Below, one piece after another: positions 38,461 through 51,774 of a DNA stretch of 64,000 nt. The DNA is taken from the NCBI GenBank assembly GCA_951406725.2, contig OX597821.1:24800001-24864000 (forward strand), in the 5' to 3' direction. The notes below the pieces were generated by a model that saw only the letters and a list, made by a program, of their open reading frames with translations, was not told where the DNA came from and made no database searches. A program made the position numbers and the translations under genes. Each line of letters starts with the position of its first letter. Position 1 is the stretch's first letter. The stretch comes from Octopus vulgaris (Eukaryota).

Positions 38461-39506
38461 GGAGCGATGTTGTTCTTATTTATTAGTCTGCCGAAGATAG
38501 GTATCCATAACTTTTGTATGTCCTCCTAAACTGCTGGGATTGAAACAAAAAATGTGTAGTTTGAACTTGTATAAGTCGGTGTAAGTGAGGAAAATGTAGG
38601 CGAAAGAAATATTGCTGAAAGCCTGAGGAAAATTCTAAAGACGGATTGGACAGCGTTTTTAGTTCAGGGTTTGAGAAGTGAGACACATTGTGAGTAACGA
38701 AACAAAGAGAGGCATTTGCGTTGAGTGGAGATAACGGAAGTGGAATATAATTAACCAGGGGTAACGAGAGCAAGGGGGAAGATCAGTGAGCTGGGTAGTG
38801 CGAGTGTGTAACTTGCTTGACAAGTTGTGGTATAAAGCACAGAATTAAGACGTCTGTGCACTAGTGGTTGTAATATGTTGGTGAGTGTTTGTCTAACAGT
38901 CAAATGGTTTTCTTTGAGATGCAATCAAAGATGTTTGAATGGGTAGGAACAGTAGCGCCCCAGACAGGTGAACAACAGACTAATAACAGGTTTCATGAAT
39001 CTTAGAGACGGCAAATAACTTATCAAACTATTCTGGTTTTTTAAAAAGGGGCCTTATGTAGTAGCGTAGGCTTCACTTGGGAGATGATCAATGGTAACTG
39101 ATCAGGGGTAAGATGATCAGGGGCAACTGTAGCGTCTTTGAGAGTTTTGTTTGAGAATTGAGAGAGGGTGAAAATATGTTGGGATTGCGTCCTCTGTTGT
39201 TGAAGGAGACAAGGTTGTCATGACCCCCTAGGATGGGAATCTTTTAGGTCCCTCTTTTAATGATAGTACACGCTACTCCTGACTAAGTTACGTTCTCAGC
39301 TGACTTTGCTTTTCATATTTAGGAATCGATAAAAAAAAATATCAGTGCGGTGTTCGTTACAATAGGCTGTTCTTTCTCAAAACATTTGTGACTCGGTGGC
39401 TGAGTAGAAATCAATACGCATGTAATATCGTTTATATTAAAATCTTAGCCGTTAAGTTTTACATTTGTATATCTAGTGTGCGTGATTGTGTGTATATATA
39501 CACGCA

Positions 39507-39541
<35 letters not shown>

Positions 39542-39629
39542 ACACGTATATTTATATAACATATATATATATTATATTATACACAGATATAGTATATATA
39601 TATATACATACAAGTACACATATACATAT

Positions 39630-40020
39630 ATATAATAATAAAAGGGTAAAATTAATTAATTAATTAATTAATTAATTAATAATTAATAATTTTACCAAAT
39701 AGTCAGTACGTTAAAATAGGTAAAATTATACAAATATTCTGTAATTATATACATAATTATAATCAGGGGTCAGCTAATTGCTTCGCCACGCACTGGTTTA
39801 GAAATAGGAGCTAAATGGTAGTAGAAAAAGCATTTAGCTCCTATTTCTAAACCAGTGCGTGGTGAAGCAATTAGCTGACCCCTGATTATAATTATGTATA
39901 TAATTACAGAATATTTGTATAATTTTACCTAAAAAGGCTATTTTAACGTACTGACTACTTGGTAAAATTATTAATTATTGATTATTAATTAATTAATTAA
40001 TTTTACGCTTTCATTATTAT
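39630..40020. repeat. ~390-bp near-perfect AT-rich fold-back in a (TA)n context
   Basis: Arms ...GAAATAGGAGCTAAATG / CATTTAGCTCCTATTTC... around a 13-nt loop (about 39818-39830); few mismatches and one 9-nt indel. Confidence 0.9.
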
Positions 40021-40021
40021 A

Positions 40022-40400
40022 TCTCTCTCTATAAACGGCAGTTTGTCTGTGTGTGTTTCTGTGTGTCTGTTTGGTTGTACCCTCACCCTGATCACGGCTT
40101 TCAACCGATTCTGATGAAACTTGACACATACATAGCCCAATGTCATAATTCAAAACTAACGCAGCGAAAATTTTGAAAAGTTCCCCCAGTTCTGAAAAAA
40201 ATCGATAAATTCGACATGGGGTCGAGAATCAGAAACACAAACCACAGACTGTCTAGGAGACGCAACTCCACCTTTTTAACTCTCAAAAAAAATTTACCAT
40301 CATTTTCCCATTTTTTTGCTATATTTTGGCTATAACTATCTAAAAATGCTCTATAGTTATTTCCCTTACAAACCCGAGCAACGCCGGGCGATACTGCTAG
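40022..40400 (+). mobile_element. Non-autonomous Helitron
   Basis: A|TC...CCCGAGCAACGCCGGG...CTAG|T. Confidence 0.85.
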
Positions 40401-40485
40401 TATATGTATATAATTATCTATACAATTATAGAATATTTGTATACATATATATATATGTATATACACATACAGGTGAATACACACA

Positions 40486-40539
<54 letters not shown>

Positions 40540-41114
40540 TGTGCGCGCGCGCGTGTGTGTGTGTGTGTGTACATGCATGCAATGCACGCACACATACATG
40601 AAACGAAAATTAGCTTAGTGAAATAACTCAGAATTAGTACTGACATGTATTTGCACAACAAAGGCGAACAATATTAATTTACGTGCAGGATAAATTCACA
40701 TACAGGATAAGTTACTGCTTTTTTTTTTTTTTAAATTATCTCCACTTTCAGAGAAAGTGAATCAATTGCTTGGTAGCAATTAGTACCACCTCGAAATGAG
40801 AAGTGAGGGTAATCTCAAGGACCAAGAATTTTCCGAAAGTAACATGCCATTAAACGAAAAGATCTGATTTTATGAAGACAAATGACCTGTCGTGAGTACA
40901 TGTTCCTGCCTCAATGTGCATCGGGAGCACAGCAATTGTTCCATTTTATCTTGAGCGGCGAGGAACATAGATATAAAGAAAACACATAGAACTCATTAAC
41001 AGCCAAGTTAATTTGCATTAATGAAGCAAAAATGTGCTAAGAGAAATACGTAGCTCAGGGTGGCCTGTAGAGTGCATTTGAACAATAAAGACGAATATGG
41101 GTACATTATATATA

Positions 41115-41268
41115 TTTCTTTACTACCCACAAGGGGCTAACATAGAGGGGACAAACAAGGACAGACAAAGGGATTAAGTCGATTACATCGACCCCAGTGC
41201 GAAACTGGTACTTTATTTATCGACCCCGAAAGAATGAAAGCCAAAGTCAACCTCGGCGGAATTTGAAG
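41115..41268 (-). mobile_element. SINE family A, 5'-truncated
   Basis: Reverse complement of the family A core and tail. Confidence 0.8.
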
Positions 41269-41740
41269 CAGGAACGAAGCATCAAAATAAGGTAGCATTC
41301 AGCAGTTTGTTATACGTGTGTGTCTATGTGGGTAAGTATGTGCGCTATATCCTCTAGATGCGGTATACAATTATAGTGTAGCAAGAACGAAGCATCAAAA
41401 TAAGGTAGCATTCAGCAGTTTGTTATACGTGTGTGTCTATGTGGGTAAGTATGTGCGTAGATTTGAAATTAAGACAGATATGTATGCGTGTTTGTGTGTT
41501 GTATGTATGTATGTATGTATGTATGTATGTATGTATGTATGTATGTATGTATGTATGTATGTATGTATGTATGTATGTATGTATGTATGTATGTATAGCT
41601 GATGAAGGGGAATATTCCCTTGTATTGTTTGTCTTGTACTCTGTTTTTTTCGTTGTTAAAAAAAGTCCGTTTCCATGTTTGTTTTTGTTTTCGTTTCTCG
41701 TTGAGTTCTACGTCTATTTGTGGTGTCCTGTACACACACG

Positions 41741-41819
<79 letters not shown>

Positions 41820-41953
41820 GCATGTATATATACATGTAGATATAGGTATGTACATATATGTATGTATGTATGCATATATTTTATTTATTAAATTATTGTA
41901 TGACTGAGCACCCTCGTGTCGTTTCGTTTCGTTTCTTTTCTTTTCTCCAAGTA

Positions 41954-42006
<53 letters not shown>

Positions 42007-42043
42007 ATATAATATAATATAATATAATATAATATATGATATC

Positions 42044-42705
42044 CGTGGCTATGTGGTAAGAAGCTTGCTTCCCAACCACATGGTTCCGGGTTCAGTCCCA
42101 CTGCGTGGCATCTTGGGCTAGTGTCTTCTACTATAGCATCGGGCCGGCCAAAGCCTTGTGAGTAAATTTGGTAGACGGAAACTGAAAGAAGCCCGTCGTA
42201 TGCATATATATGTATATATGTAAATGTGTGTCTTTGTGTCTGTGTTTGCTCCTCCCCCATTACCGCTTGACAACTTATGTTGGTGTGTTTACTTCCCTGT
42301 AACTTAGCTGTTCAGTAAAAGAAACCGATAGAATAAGTACTAGGCTTTAAAAATAAGTCCTGGTGACGATTTGTTCGACTAAAATCCTTCAAGGCGGTGC
42401 TCCAGACTGAAACAAGTAAAAGAATATATATAATAAAGGCAGCGAGTTGGCAGAAACGTTAGCACGCCAGGCTAATCCGTTTGTCTGTCTCCTCTATGTT
42501 TAGCCCCTTGTGGGTAGTAAAGAAATAGGTATTTTGTTTGCCGTTACGTTCTGAGTTCAAATTCCGCCGAGGTCGACTTTGCCTTTCATCCTTTCGGGGT
42601 CGATAAATTAAATACCAGTTACGCACTGGGGTCGATGTAATCGACTTAATCTCCTTGTCTGTCCTTGTTTGTCCCCCTCTATGTTTAGCCCCTTGTTGGC
42701 AATAA
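42044..42705 (+). mobile_element. SINE B (42044-42425) followed by a rearranged SINE A dimer (42437-42705)
   Basis: Sequence identity to other copies in the window. Confidence 0.85.
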
Positions 42706-43084
42706 GAATATACATAATATACATAAAGAAATAAGAATATACATAATACATTATGCAGAGAATGGCATCGACGAATGGACAGCCATCATATATATGTTCA
42801 AAAATTTGGTTTGGCAGTAGCTCTGTGATATAAACTTTATCGATGGCATACACTTACAGTGTGTTGTTAAACGCTTTTAGGCTGAAGTATTTCGTCCAGG
42901 AAAAAAAAAAGAAATACTGTATATATCAAAGCCAGGCGAAACGAATTGATCCAGAGGTGAACGAGGACGAAAGACATCGATATTTTGCTGTTATTTCATC
43001 TTATCGGTGCCGTATATTTGGTTCATCTTCGGAATGAATTCCAGTCGTTGGCCTGAATTATGTACAGATAGCGTGTGTGCGTGT

Positions 43085-43151
<67 letters not shown>

Positions 43152-43326
43152 GAGAGGTGTGTTCTTTTATTTGTTTCAGTCATTGGACTGCGACCTTGCT
43201 GGGGCATAGCTTTAAAGGATTAAATCAAACAAATCGACCCCAGTACTTATCTGTAAGTCTAGTACTTATTTTGTAAAGTTTTTTGCTGCTAAATTATAAG
43301 GACGTAAACCAAACATCAACGATTGC

Positions 43327-43446
<120 letters not shown>

Positions 43447-43487
43447 CAGACATATAGACAGACAGACAGACAGACAGACAGATAGAC

Positions 43488-43536
<49 letters not shown>

Positions 43537-43542
43537 TAGATG

Positions 43543-43597
<55 letters not shown>

Positions 43598-43598
<1 letters not shown>

Positions 43599-44010
43599 TG
43601 CTAACCTGGCGAGGAAGGTTGCTAGAAAGTAAGCAGGACTAAAAACAAGACCTGTAAAAAGGAAAGATAAACCCAATGTAAGTTCAACGACTAACTAGCA
43701 ATAGCACGGGCACTCAGAAATTCCGGGTCGAAATTCGGTGTGCTTTTATTAAACAATGTCTCTAGGTTCTTCACTCCCAGTTGTTTCCCAGCACACCGAA
43801 TACCAGCCTGAAATTTCTGAGTGCCCTTGCTAGTTAGTCGTTGAACTTTCATTGAGTTCATCCTTCCTTTTCACAGGTCTTGTTCTTAGTCCTGCTGGGT
43901 TTCTAGCAACCCTCCTCATCAGGTTAGCGTAGCGGTTAGAGCCAACTTAGTCACTGACGATCCGACCATGCTACAGGTTTCACTGGGTTCCATATCATCA
44001 GTAGCTCTCA
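43598..44010 (-). mobile_element. Fold-back plus tail element between (GATA)n and (TACA)n, with a decayed hammerhead
   Basis: Inverted arms about 43598-43745 and 43789-43930. The tail has minus-strand GCTA-CTGATGA-tatggaacccagt-GAAAC-ctg-TAGC (43970-44005). Confidence 0.65.
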
Positions 44011-44184
44011 TGAGAGATCACACAAGTGCCTGTACGCATACATACATACATACATACATACATACATACATACATACATACATACATACATACATACATA
44101 CGTATGCATGTATATTGGAACGGTATATCTCCAAGTACTCATGCAAAGCTATAAATAACAGTATGTAAATATTTACACGCTATT

Positions 44185-44591
44185 ACTCTTTACTCTTTAT
44201 TCTTTTACTTGTTTCAGTCATTTGACTGCGGCCATGCTGGAGCACCGCCTTTAATCGAGCAACTCGACCCCAGGACTTATTCTTTTGTAAGCCCAGTACT
44301 TATTATATCGGTCTCTTTTGCCGAACCGCTAAGTTACGGGGACATAAACACACCAGCATCGGTTGTCAAGCAATGCTAGAGGGACAAACACAGACACACA
44401 AACACACACACGCATATATATATACATTTATACGACGGGCTTCTTTCAGTTTCCGTCTACTAAATCCACTCACAAGGCTTTGGTCGGCCCGAGGCTATAG
44501 TAGAAGACACTTGCCCAAGGTGCAACGCAGTGGGACTGAACCCGGAACCATGTGGTTGGTAAGCAAGCTACTTACCACATAGCCACTCCTG
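44185..44591 (-). mobile_element. SINE family B, full length
   Basis: Near-identical to 32375-32800. Confidence 0.9.
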
Positions 44592-44999
44592 TATGCTTCC
44601 AGAAATATCTTTTTACAGTAACCCACAATAACTTTATAACTATGATAAAATGTCAGTTTACCTTAATGAAAAGCTTACCAAATTAATAAAATTTTATTTC
44701 TCAGTTTTCTATTGGCTCTCTTGGGCGGTGAACTGGCAGAATCGTTTGTATGCCGAGCAAAATACTTAGCAACATTTCGTCCTTTTGAGCTAAAATTCCG
44801 CTGAGATCGACTTTGCCTTTCATTCTATCGGGGTCGGTAAAATGAAGTACCAGTTGAGTATCGCCATTGATGTGATTGATTTATTTCCCCCCCACCCATT
44901 CCCGATATTGCTGGCCTTGTGGCAAAATTCAAAATCAATATTTTATAGTCTCTCTTTTAAATAATATGTATCCCCAGTCAGCTTTCACTAGATTAGGCA

Positions 45000-45400
45000 T
45001 GGATGGATTTGATTAAATTATCACTGACAGACTGATTCCATGTTTGTCTACTTTTCGGTCAACGCTTTTTTCAGTTCTGGAACTGATGTAATTTTCGATG
45101 ATGGCAACCTTCTATCGAAATGTTCCCATATGTGTCCTATAAGATTAAGATCGGGGCTTTAATCAGCCCTTCCTGATATTTTATTCCACGAGTTCTTCCT
45201 GAACTTGTTACACCTTGACTGTACGGCTTGTGACTCCATCTCGTTGAAAACGATTGGCCTTCTTGTGAATTCCTACATTGGAATGGATGTGTAATAGACT
45301 ATTCTGAGCCATCAATTTTCAACAAGATTTAACTGTGATTTGCCTATCGCCCCAACTGCCCTCTCTTCCACATTTAGCTGTTCCTTGCAAACATCAGAGT
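45000..45400 (-). mobile_element. Tc1 transposase remnant
   Basis: Minus strand SPDLNLIGHIWE (about 45122-45158) and FQRDG (about 45235-45250); compare Tc1 FQQDNA and SPDLNPIEHxW. Confidence 0.7.
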
Positions 45401-45674
45401 CCCGTGTTTGAGTTTTCTTGTGCCATACATATTGAACAGGAAAGCTGGCATAATTTGCTTCCGCCAGACCATATTAGGGTTGACAAAATCTCTTCTTTAT
45501 TTTGTAGCTTATTAGTTCAGTTGACACCTTTGGTCTTACTACCTTTAGAAATCACGTTTCTTTATTGCAACTCTTTTAACTTTCTTCTATGTTTTACTAG
45601 TTTCAGTCATTGGTCTGCAAGCGTGCTACAAAATTCAGTCACAAAACTTTATTCGACGTTTGATAGGTACTACT

Positions 45675-45950
45675 TTAAGTTCAGTCAAAAGCAACATCCT
45701 TAGTGTACGCTGTGGGTTATGATTAGGGTCAAGATTTAGGGTTAGGGTTAGAATTTAAAGTTAGGGTTAGGATTTAGGATTAGAGTCTAGGATTAAAGTC
45801 AGGGTTAGACTGCACATTAGAGAGTAAATGGCCAGATAGACTACACGCTAAAATGTAAATGGCCAGGTAGGCCGCACGCTGAAGTGTTACTGGCCAGGTA
45901 GACTGCACGCTAAAGTGCTGCCGTTTAATGACTAATAACGAAAACTTAAG
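45675..45950. repeat. Degenerate TTAGGG-like tract plus ~30-bp tandem repeat; probable small DNA-transposon remnant
   Basis: TTAGGG/TTAGGA units at 45714-45808; GGCCAGGTAGACTGCACGCTAAAGTG unit about 3-4 times. Confidence 0.5.
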
Positions 45951-46210
45951 TTATTGTACGATTGGACTTTATACATAAATGCTAGCCACTGACTTTGCTT
46001 GCCTGTATATTCATAGATATCTCCAGTAGTTCCCAATATTGTGTTTTATTAAATTAAAGTTCCAAAGGATTTTCTCTTTTTGGTTGTGTTTTGGTTACAT
46101 TCATACATGTAAAAAATTAAAAAGAAAATGTCAACTAATTGTTTAAAACGTTTCGTAGGCTACATGTATGTGTGTGTGTGGTATATATGTATATATCACC
46201 GTGATCACCG

Positions 46211-46242
<32 letters not shown>

Positions 46243-46284
46243 TTTTTTATCTCTTCTTTGTAGACGTATACATACATACATACA

Positions 46285-46320
<36 letters not shown>

Positions 46321-46432
46321 TATATGAATTTTATAATTTATGAATTTATCATTTATCGGTTTTTTGCTTTCTGGCCACTTATATTATTGATGTTATTATT
46401 CATTTTACTAACATATACATACATATATACAT

Positions 46433-46492
<60 letters not shown>

Positions 46493-46503
46493 ATATATAT
46501 ATG

Positions 46504-46554
<51 letters not shown>

Positions 46555-46559
46555 ATATA

Positions 46560-46601
<42 letters not shown>

Positions 46602-46605
46602 ACTA

Positions 46606-46640
<35 letters not shown>

Positions 46641-46659
46641 CACATACACATAAATTTGA

Positions 46660-47270
46660 TATGGGCAATTCTTTCTTGTCTTAGGGATTCACGGTCAAAC
46701 GGCTGAGTGGAATTGCGGGGGAAATTACACAGATGTGTAGAATGATCCGGTGGTGATGCTGGGCTTTGTATTTTTCATAGCCCCCATGTTTACCGTGATA
46801 ATCTACTATAATAATACTCTTGTATTTATGAATGAGAAAGGAAGGAGTGATAGATGAATAAGTAAGGAAGCGATGATGTCATACTTGGTAGTGGGATGAT
46901 GAAAACTGTACGCTGAAAACAATAAATCAAACAGCGTTTCATCTCAGTGTGAATATATGTGTGTATGTAAAAGAGAGGTATGTGAATGTGTGTATGTGTG
47001 TGCGTGTGTGTGTGTTTGTGTGCGTCTGCGCACGCAATGGAAGTGGGATTGTTCATCTTTGTTCGCTTAGTATTTGGGTTATTTTTTGATTTGGTTGAAT
47101 CTTGGTTGTCTTTTTTTTTGGTCAGTTACTTTTAGCGTTTTGACAGAAAAAAGTCATTCTAAAATTGTCTTTTAACGTAAGCGTGCCCAAACAAGTCGAA
47201 TGCTTACACAGAACAGGTTTTACAGCCACATCATCCAAACCGACTGGATGAAACCGGGCTTAGCTGCTAG
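46660..47270 (+). mobile_element. Non-autonomous Helitron-like element
   Basis: Ends CTGGATGAAACCGGG...GCTAG|T before (TA)n. Confidence 0.5.
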
Positions 47271-47324
<54 letters not shown>

Positions 47325-47327
<3 letters not shown>

Positions 47328-48401
47328 CGCAGGCGTGGCCATGTGGTAAGAAGCTTGCTTCTCAATCTCACATGGTTCCGGCTTCAGTCTCACAGCGTGA
47401 AAACTTGGACAAGTGTCTTCCACTATATTCTCGGGCCAACAAAAGCCCTGTGAGTGGATTTGGAAGACGTAAACTGGAAGAAGCCTGTCGTATATATGTA
47501 TATGTGTCTGTTTGCGTGTCTTTGTTTGTCCCCACCACATCTTGACAACCAGTGTTGGTGTGTTTTCGTCCCCGTAACTTAACGGTTCGGCAAAAAGAAA
47601 AACTTAGCCCTGGGGTTGATTTGTTCTATTAAAGCTCTTCAAGGCAATCAGCATGGCCACGATCAAATGACTAAAAGATAAAAGATATATATAGATATAT
47701 CTAAAAAAATAGCACTCCGTCGGTTACTACGACTAGGGTCCCAGCTGATACGATCAACGGAACAGCCTGCTCGTGAAATTAACGTGCAAGTGACTGAGCA
47801 ATCCACAGACACGCGTAATCCCTAACGTAGTTCTCATGGAGATTCAGCGTGACACAGAGTGTGACAAGACTGGCCCTTTGAAATACAGGTACTACTCATT
47901 TTTGCCAGCTGGAGCAACGTGAAAAATAAAATGTCTTGCTCAAAGACACAACTCGTCGCCGGGAATCGAACTTATGATCGTGAGCCGAATGCCCAAACCA
48001 CTAAGCCACGCTTACCAACCACATGGTTCCGGGTTCAGTCCCACTGCGTAGCACCTTGGGCAGGTGTCTTCTACTATAGCCTCGGGCCGACCAAAGCCTT
48101 GTGAGTGGATTTGGTAGACGGAAACTGAAAGAAGCCCGCCGTATATATGTATATGTATGCGTTTGTGTGTGTGTGTGTGTGTGTATGATTGTGTGTCTGT
48201 GTTTGTCCCCCCACCCACCCAACATCGCTTGAAAACCGATGCTGGTGTGTTTAGTCCCCGTAACTTAGCGGTTCGGCAAAAAAGACCGATAGAATAAGTA
48301 CTTGGCTTACAAAGAATAAGTCCAGGGGTCGATTTGCTCGACTAAAGGTGGTGCTCCAGCATGGCAGCAATCAAATGACTGAAACAAGTAATAGAGTAAG
48401 A

Positions 48402-48402
<1 letters not shown>
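47325..48402. mobile_element. SINE B (+, 47325-47690), SINE C (-, 47712-48010), SINE B (+, 48011-48402)
   Basis: Identity to other copies in the window. Confidence 0.85.
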
Positions 48403-48467
<65 letters not shown>

Positions 48468-48559
48468 TATATATGTATATATATATGTATATAAATATAT
48501 ATATATGTATGTATGTATATATATAAATAATTACATATCTATATCTATCTATCTATCTA

Positions 48560-48614
<55 letters not shown>

Positions 48615-48674
48615 GTATGTATATATAAATAATTATATATCTGTATCTATATCTATCTATCTATCTATATTTCG

Positions 48675-48787
<113 letters not shown>

Positions 48788-49399
48788 TGTATGTATGTAT
48801 AGATATATATATATAAATTTTTAGCTAACATCGCATGTATTGACAGGTGAAAGCAACTTGTCTTTTATTCAATATCTACGTGGAGAACGAAAAAAAAATA
48901 ATAATAAAACAAAATCAGAAGGGTCGGTTTCAATATTTAAATCAATACCTCATCAGTGACTGAATGAAGGACAATCAAGTCATTTAAAACTGTTGTTGGC
49001 TATTTGTCTCTTCCACCGGTTCCATTTCATGTGAAATAATAAATTAACGGATTAAAACGAATTAAATTTATTTGTTTGTTTTTCTGACTTAGGCACAAGG
49101 CCAGCAATTTTGAGGGTAGTTTTGAGGGAAAGTGATGGATTAAATCGACTCCAGTGCTTGATTGGTACTTATAGATCCCGGAGAGATGATCGGCAGAGTT
49201 AACCTCGGCATTATGTATTGCATTCTGATTTCAAATGCCACCGGAGTCAACTTTACTTTTATATGGTTGATTAAAAAAGTACCAGTCAGTTACTAGGGTC
49301 AATGCCATCAACTACATCTTCTCCCCGCAAAACTGCCGGCCTTGTGCCTAAATCAGAAGCCATTCATTTAATACATTCATTTAATACATCACATTTTGT

Positions 49400-50737
49400 G
49401 AAAATATATTTTGTACTTCGAAATATATCCTTCTTCAGCTCCTTCCCTAATTCTTTCCACACAGCTAGCTCTTAAAGTTATTGATGATATGTCGACTGCA
49501 TCAGAAATGGCATCAATAGAAGAGAAACGTTGCCCCTTGATAAGGCATAATAAAACCATCTACTGGGAACAATGATGAGAAAGAAATTTGTGAAAAATAG
49601 GAAGCAGATCAGCTTTTTATAACGTTTTTTAAATAATAGCAAACAAAGGGACGAAACTGTGACAAAAGGATAGAGTTTTAAGAAGGAAAATGAAGTGTTT
49701 TGTTGTTTGGAACATATGGAGTTTCTTTCTAACGTTTCTCCCCAGAAAATGTTCCAAAATTATCAACACGTTACACTACCAAAGAAAATGACAAAAATTA
49801 CTTCTAAACGTGAAAGAAAATACGTAGGACGTGTGTCACACTAGTAGGTGGCAAAAAGACTAAACAACATCGTCTTTTTTTTTTTTTTAACTATTGTATC
49901 AGTTACATGGCTCCCATCCATGATCAGTCCCTATATGAAATTGACATTACCAAAAGGCTAACTCTCGCCTGTTCACTATTTACATTCTGTTCCTTTAAAA
50001 TCGTTTCCCACCGATGACAGGGCAAAAGAATAGATTTTCTTCTTTAATTCGGAATTGCTTTTTAGAGTGAAAAATTCACCAATTGTCGTTACAATGAAAA
50101 TATGAACACGTATATGTCTCTCTCCGGGGGACTCAATACCAATTTGGCACTCCTAGGATTATTAAAACCATTTGTTGTGACTATAATAATGGGAAATACT
50201 TTCCCACAGAACACAGCGGATAGTTCAAATAGAGACAACCAAGCTGCCACAAATTTTAAAGAAAAAAAAACGCTTTTTCTCTTCATTAACAATGCAAATA
50301 ATTAAATAAACTAGACGTTCATTGTTTTTATTTTTATTTTTTTTTTTGTATTCTGTTTTTTATTTATTTCCTCTGGCAACAAAAGACAAAACCATTTACT
50401 TTCAATGTTAATTTAATTCAATTTTATTATTTCTTTACCTTTATAATAAACCTTTTTTTCTTTTTCTTTCCTGTTGTATGTTTAAGAATACATACGTGCA
50501 TAGATGTCCACCCCTTACGAAACGGTGGCCATTATTGTAATGTTACGTCTTATACGATGTGAAAAAGCTCAATTGAAAAACCTGGCCTCTTAGAACTTTT
50601 GTTCATTCTGTGGTTACGAAGAAAATACCATCTAGGAGCGACAGTTGTTTCAGCTTCCCCAGTTTATACATACATACATACATAAAAACACATATATATA
50701 TAAATACAAACGTATAACACATATACACAAATATATG

Positions 50738-50813
<76 letters not shown>

Positions 50814-50850
50814 ACTATATATATATGTATAATATATGTATGTACGTATG

Positions 50851-50900
<50 letters not shown>

Positions 50901-50906
50901 TGTATG

Positions 50907-50945
<39 letters not shown>

Positions 50946-51692
50946 TACATACACAAATATAATATACATATACACACACATATATATGTATGTGTGAGTC
51001 TGTATACATACATACATACATACATACATAATAGTTTTTCGTCTCTCACCCTCTCTCTTGATAAATAGTCCAAACTAGCTCCTCAATATTGTCAATCTAT
51101 GAGTTACGCAAAGGAAGAGAAAATGTCGGCTGTTGCTCCGAGAAAAATAAAAGAAGTGATGGGGGTGGGGTTGAAATAGCACGAAAGTAAAATGTAAAAA
51201 AGGAAAGCAAAAGAAAGAGAAATAATGGGAAAGTGGGCAGATTTCCAGTTGAGAACATATTGTTTTGAAGCAGAATAAAAAGAGAAAAATAAAAGAAAAA
51301 TCAGACGCAGGAGAACAATCTAAAAATTGCTACTAGAATATCAAGCATTTCTTCTACTCCTTCGTCAGCATCATCATCATCATCCTCGTCATCGTCCCTC
51401 TTCTACAAATAATTTGCATTAGTCAATGTGTAAAACTGGATGGAGAGCACATGTCTTCTTCTTCATCTCGCTGTTATTCTCTCATCTGTCTTCCTTTTCA
51501 CTCCAGCACAGCTGAGTATGTAAGAACAAACTCCGAGAGAAAAAAACGGTACAAAGGCGGCAATCCTAAATCTAAGCATAGAACAATAAAATGAGGAAGT
51601 AAGAATAACAATAAAACAGAATAAGAAAAAAGAAAGAAATTGTGAAAAAAGGACAGAGAGCAGGCAGTGTAAATATGATGATAGATGGTTAA

Positions 51693-51774
<82 letters not shown>

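Noticed and set aside
38480-39240. Further decayed retroelement fragments (also 3850-4470, 9230-9560 and 21900-22560)
   Set aside because: Composition suggests old Penelope/LINE remnants, but I could not read a diagnostic motif.
49841-49854. CTCF-like motif (also 52885-52898)
   Set aside because: Two or more mismatches to consensus; not supportable without ChIP or conservation data.
51480-51515. Possible microexon (polypyrimidine tract, CAG, 9-13 nt, GTATGT/GTAAGA)
   Set aside because: The splice-like signals are plausible but common by chance, and there is no independent support.
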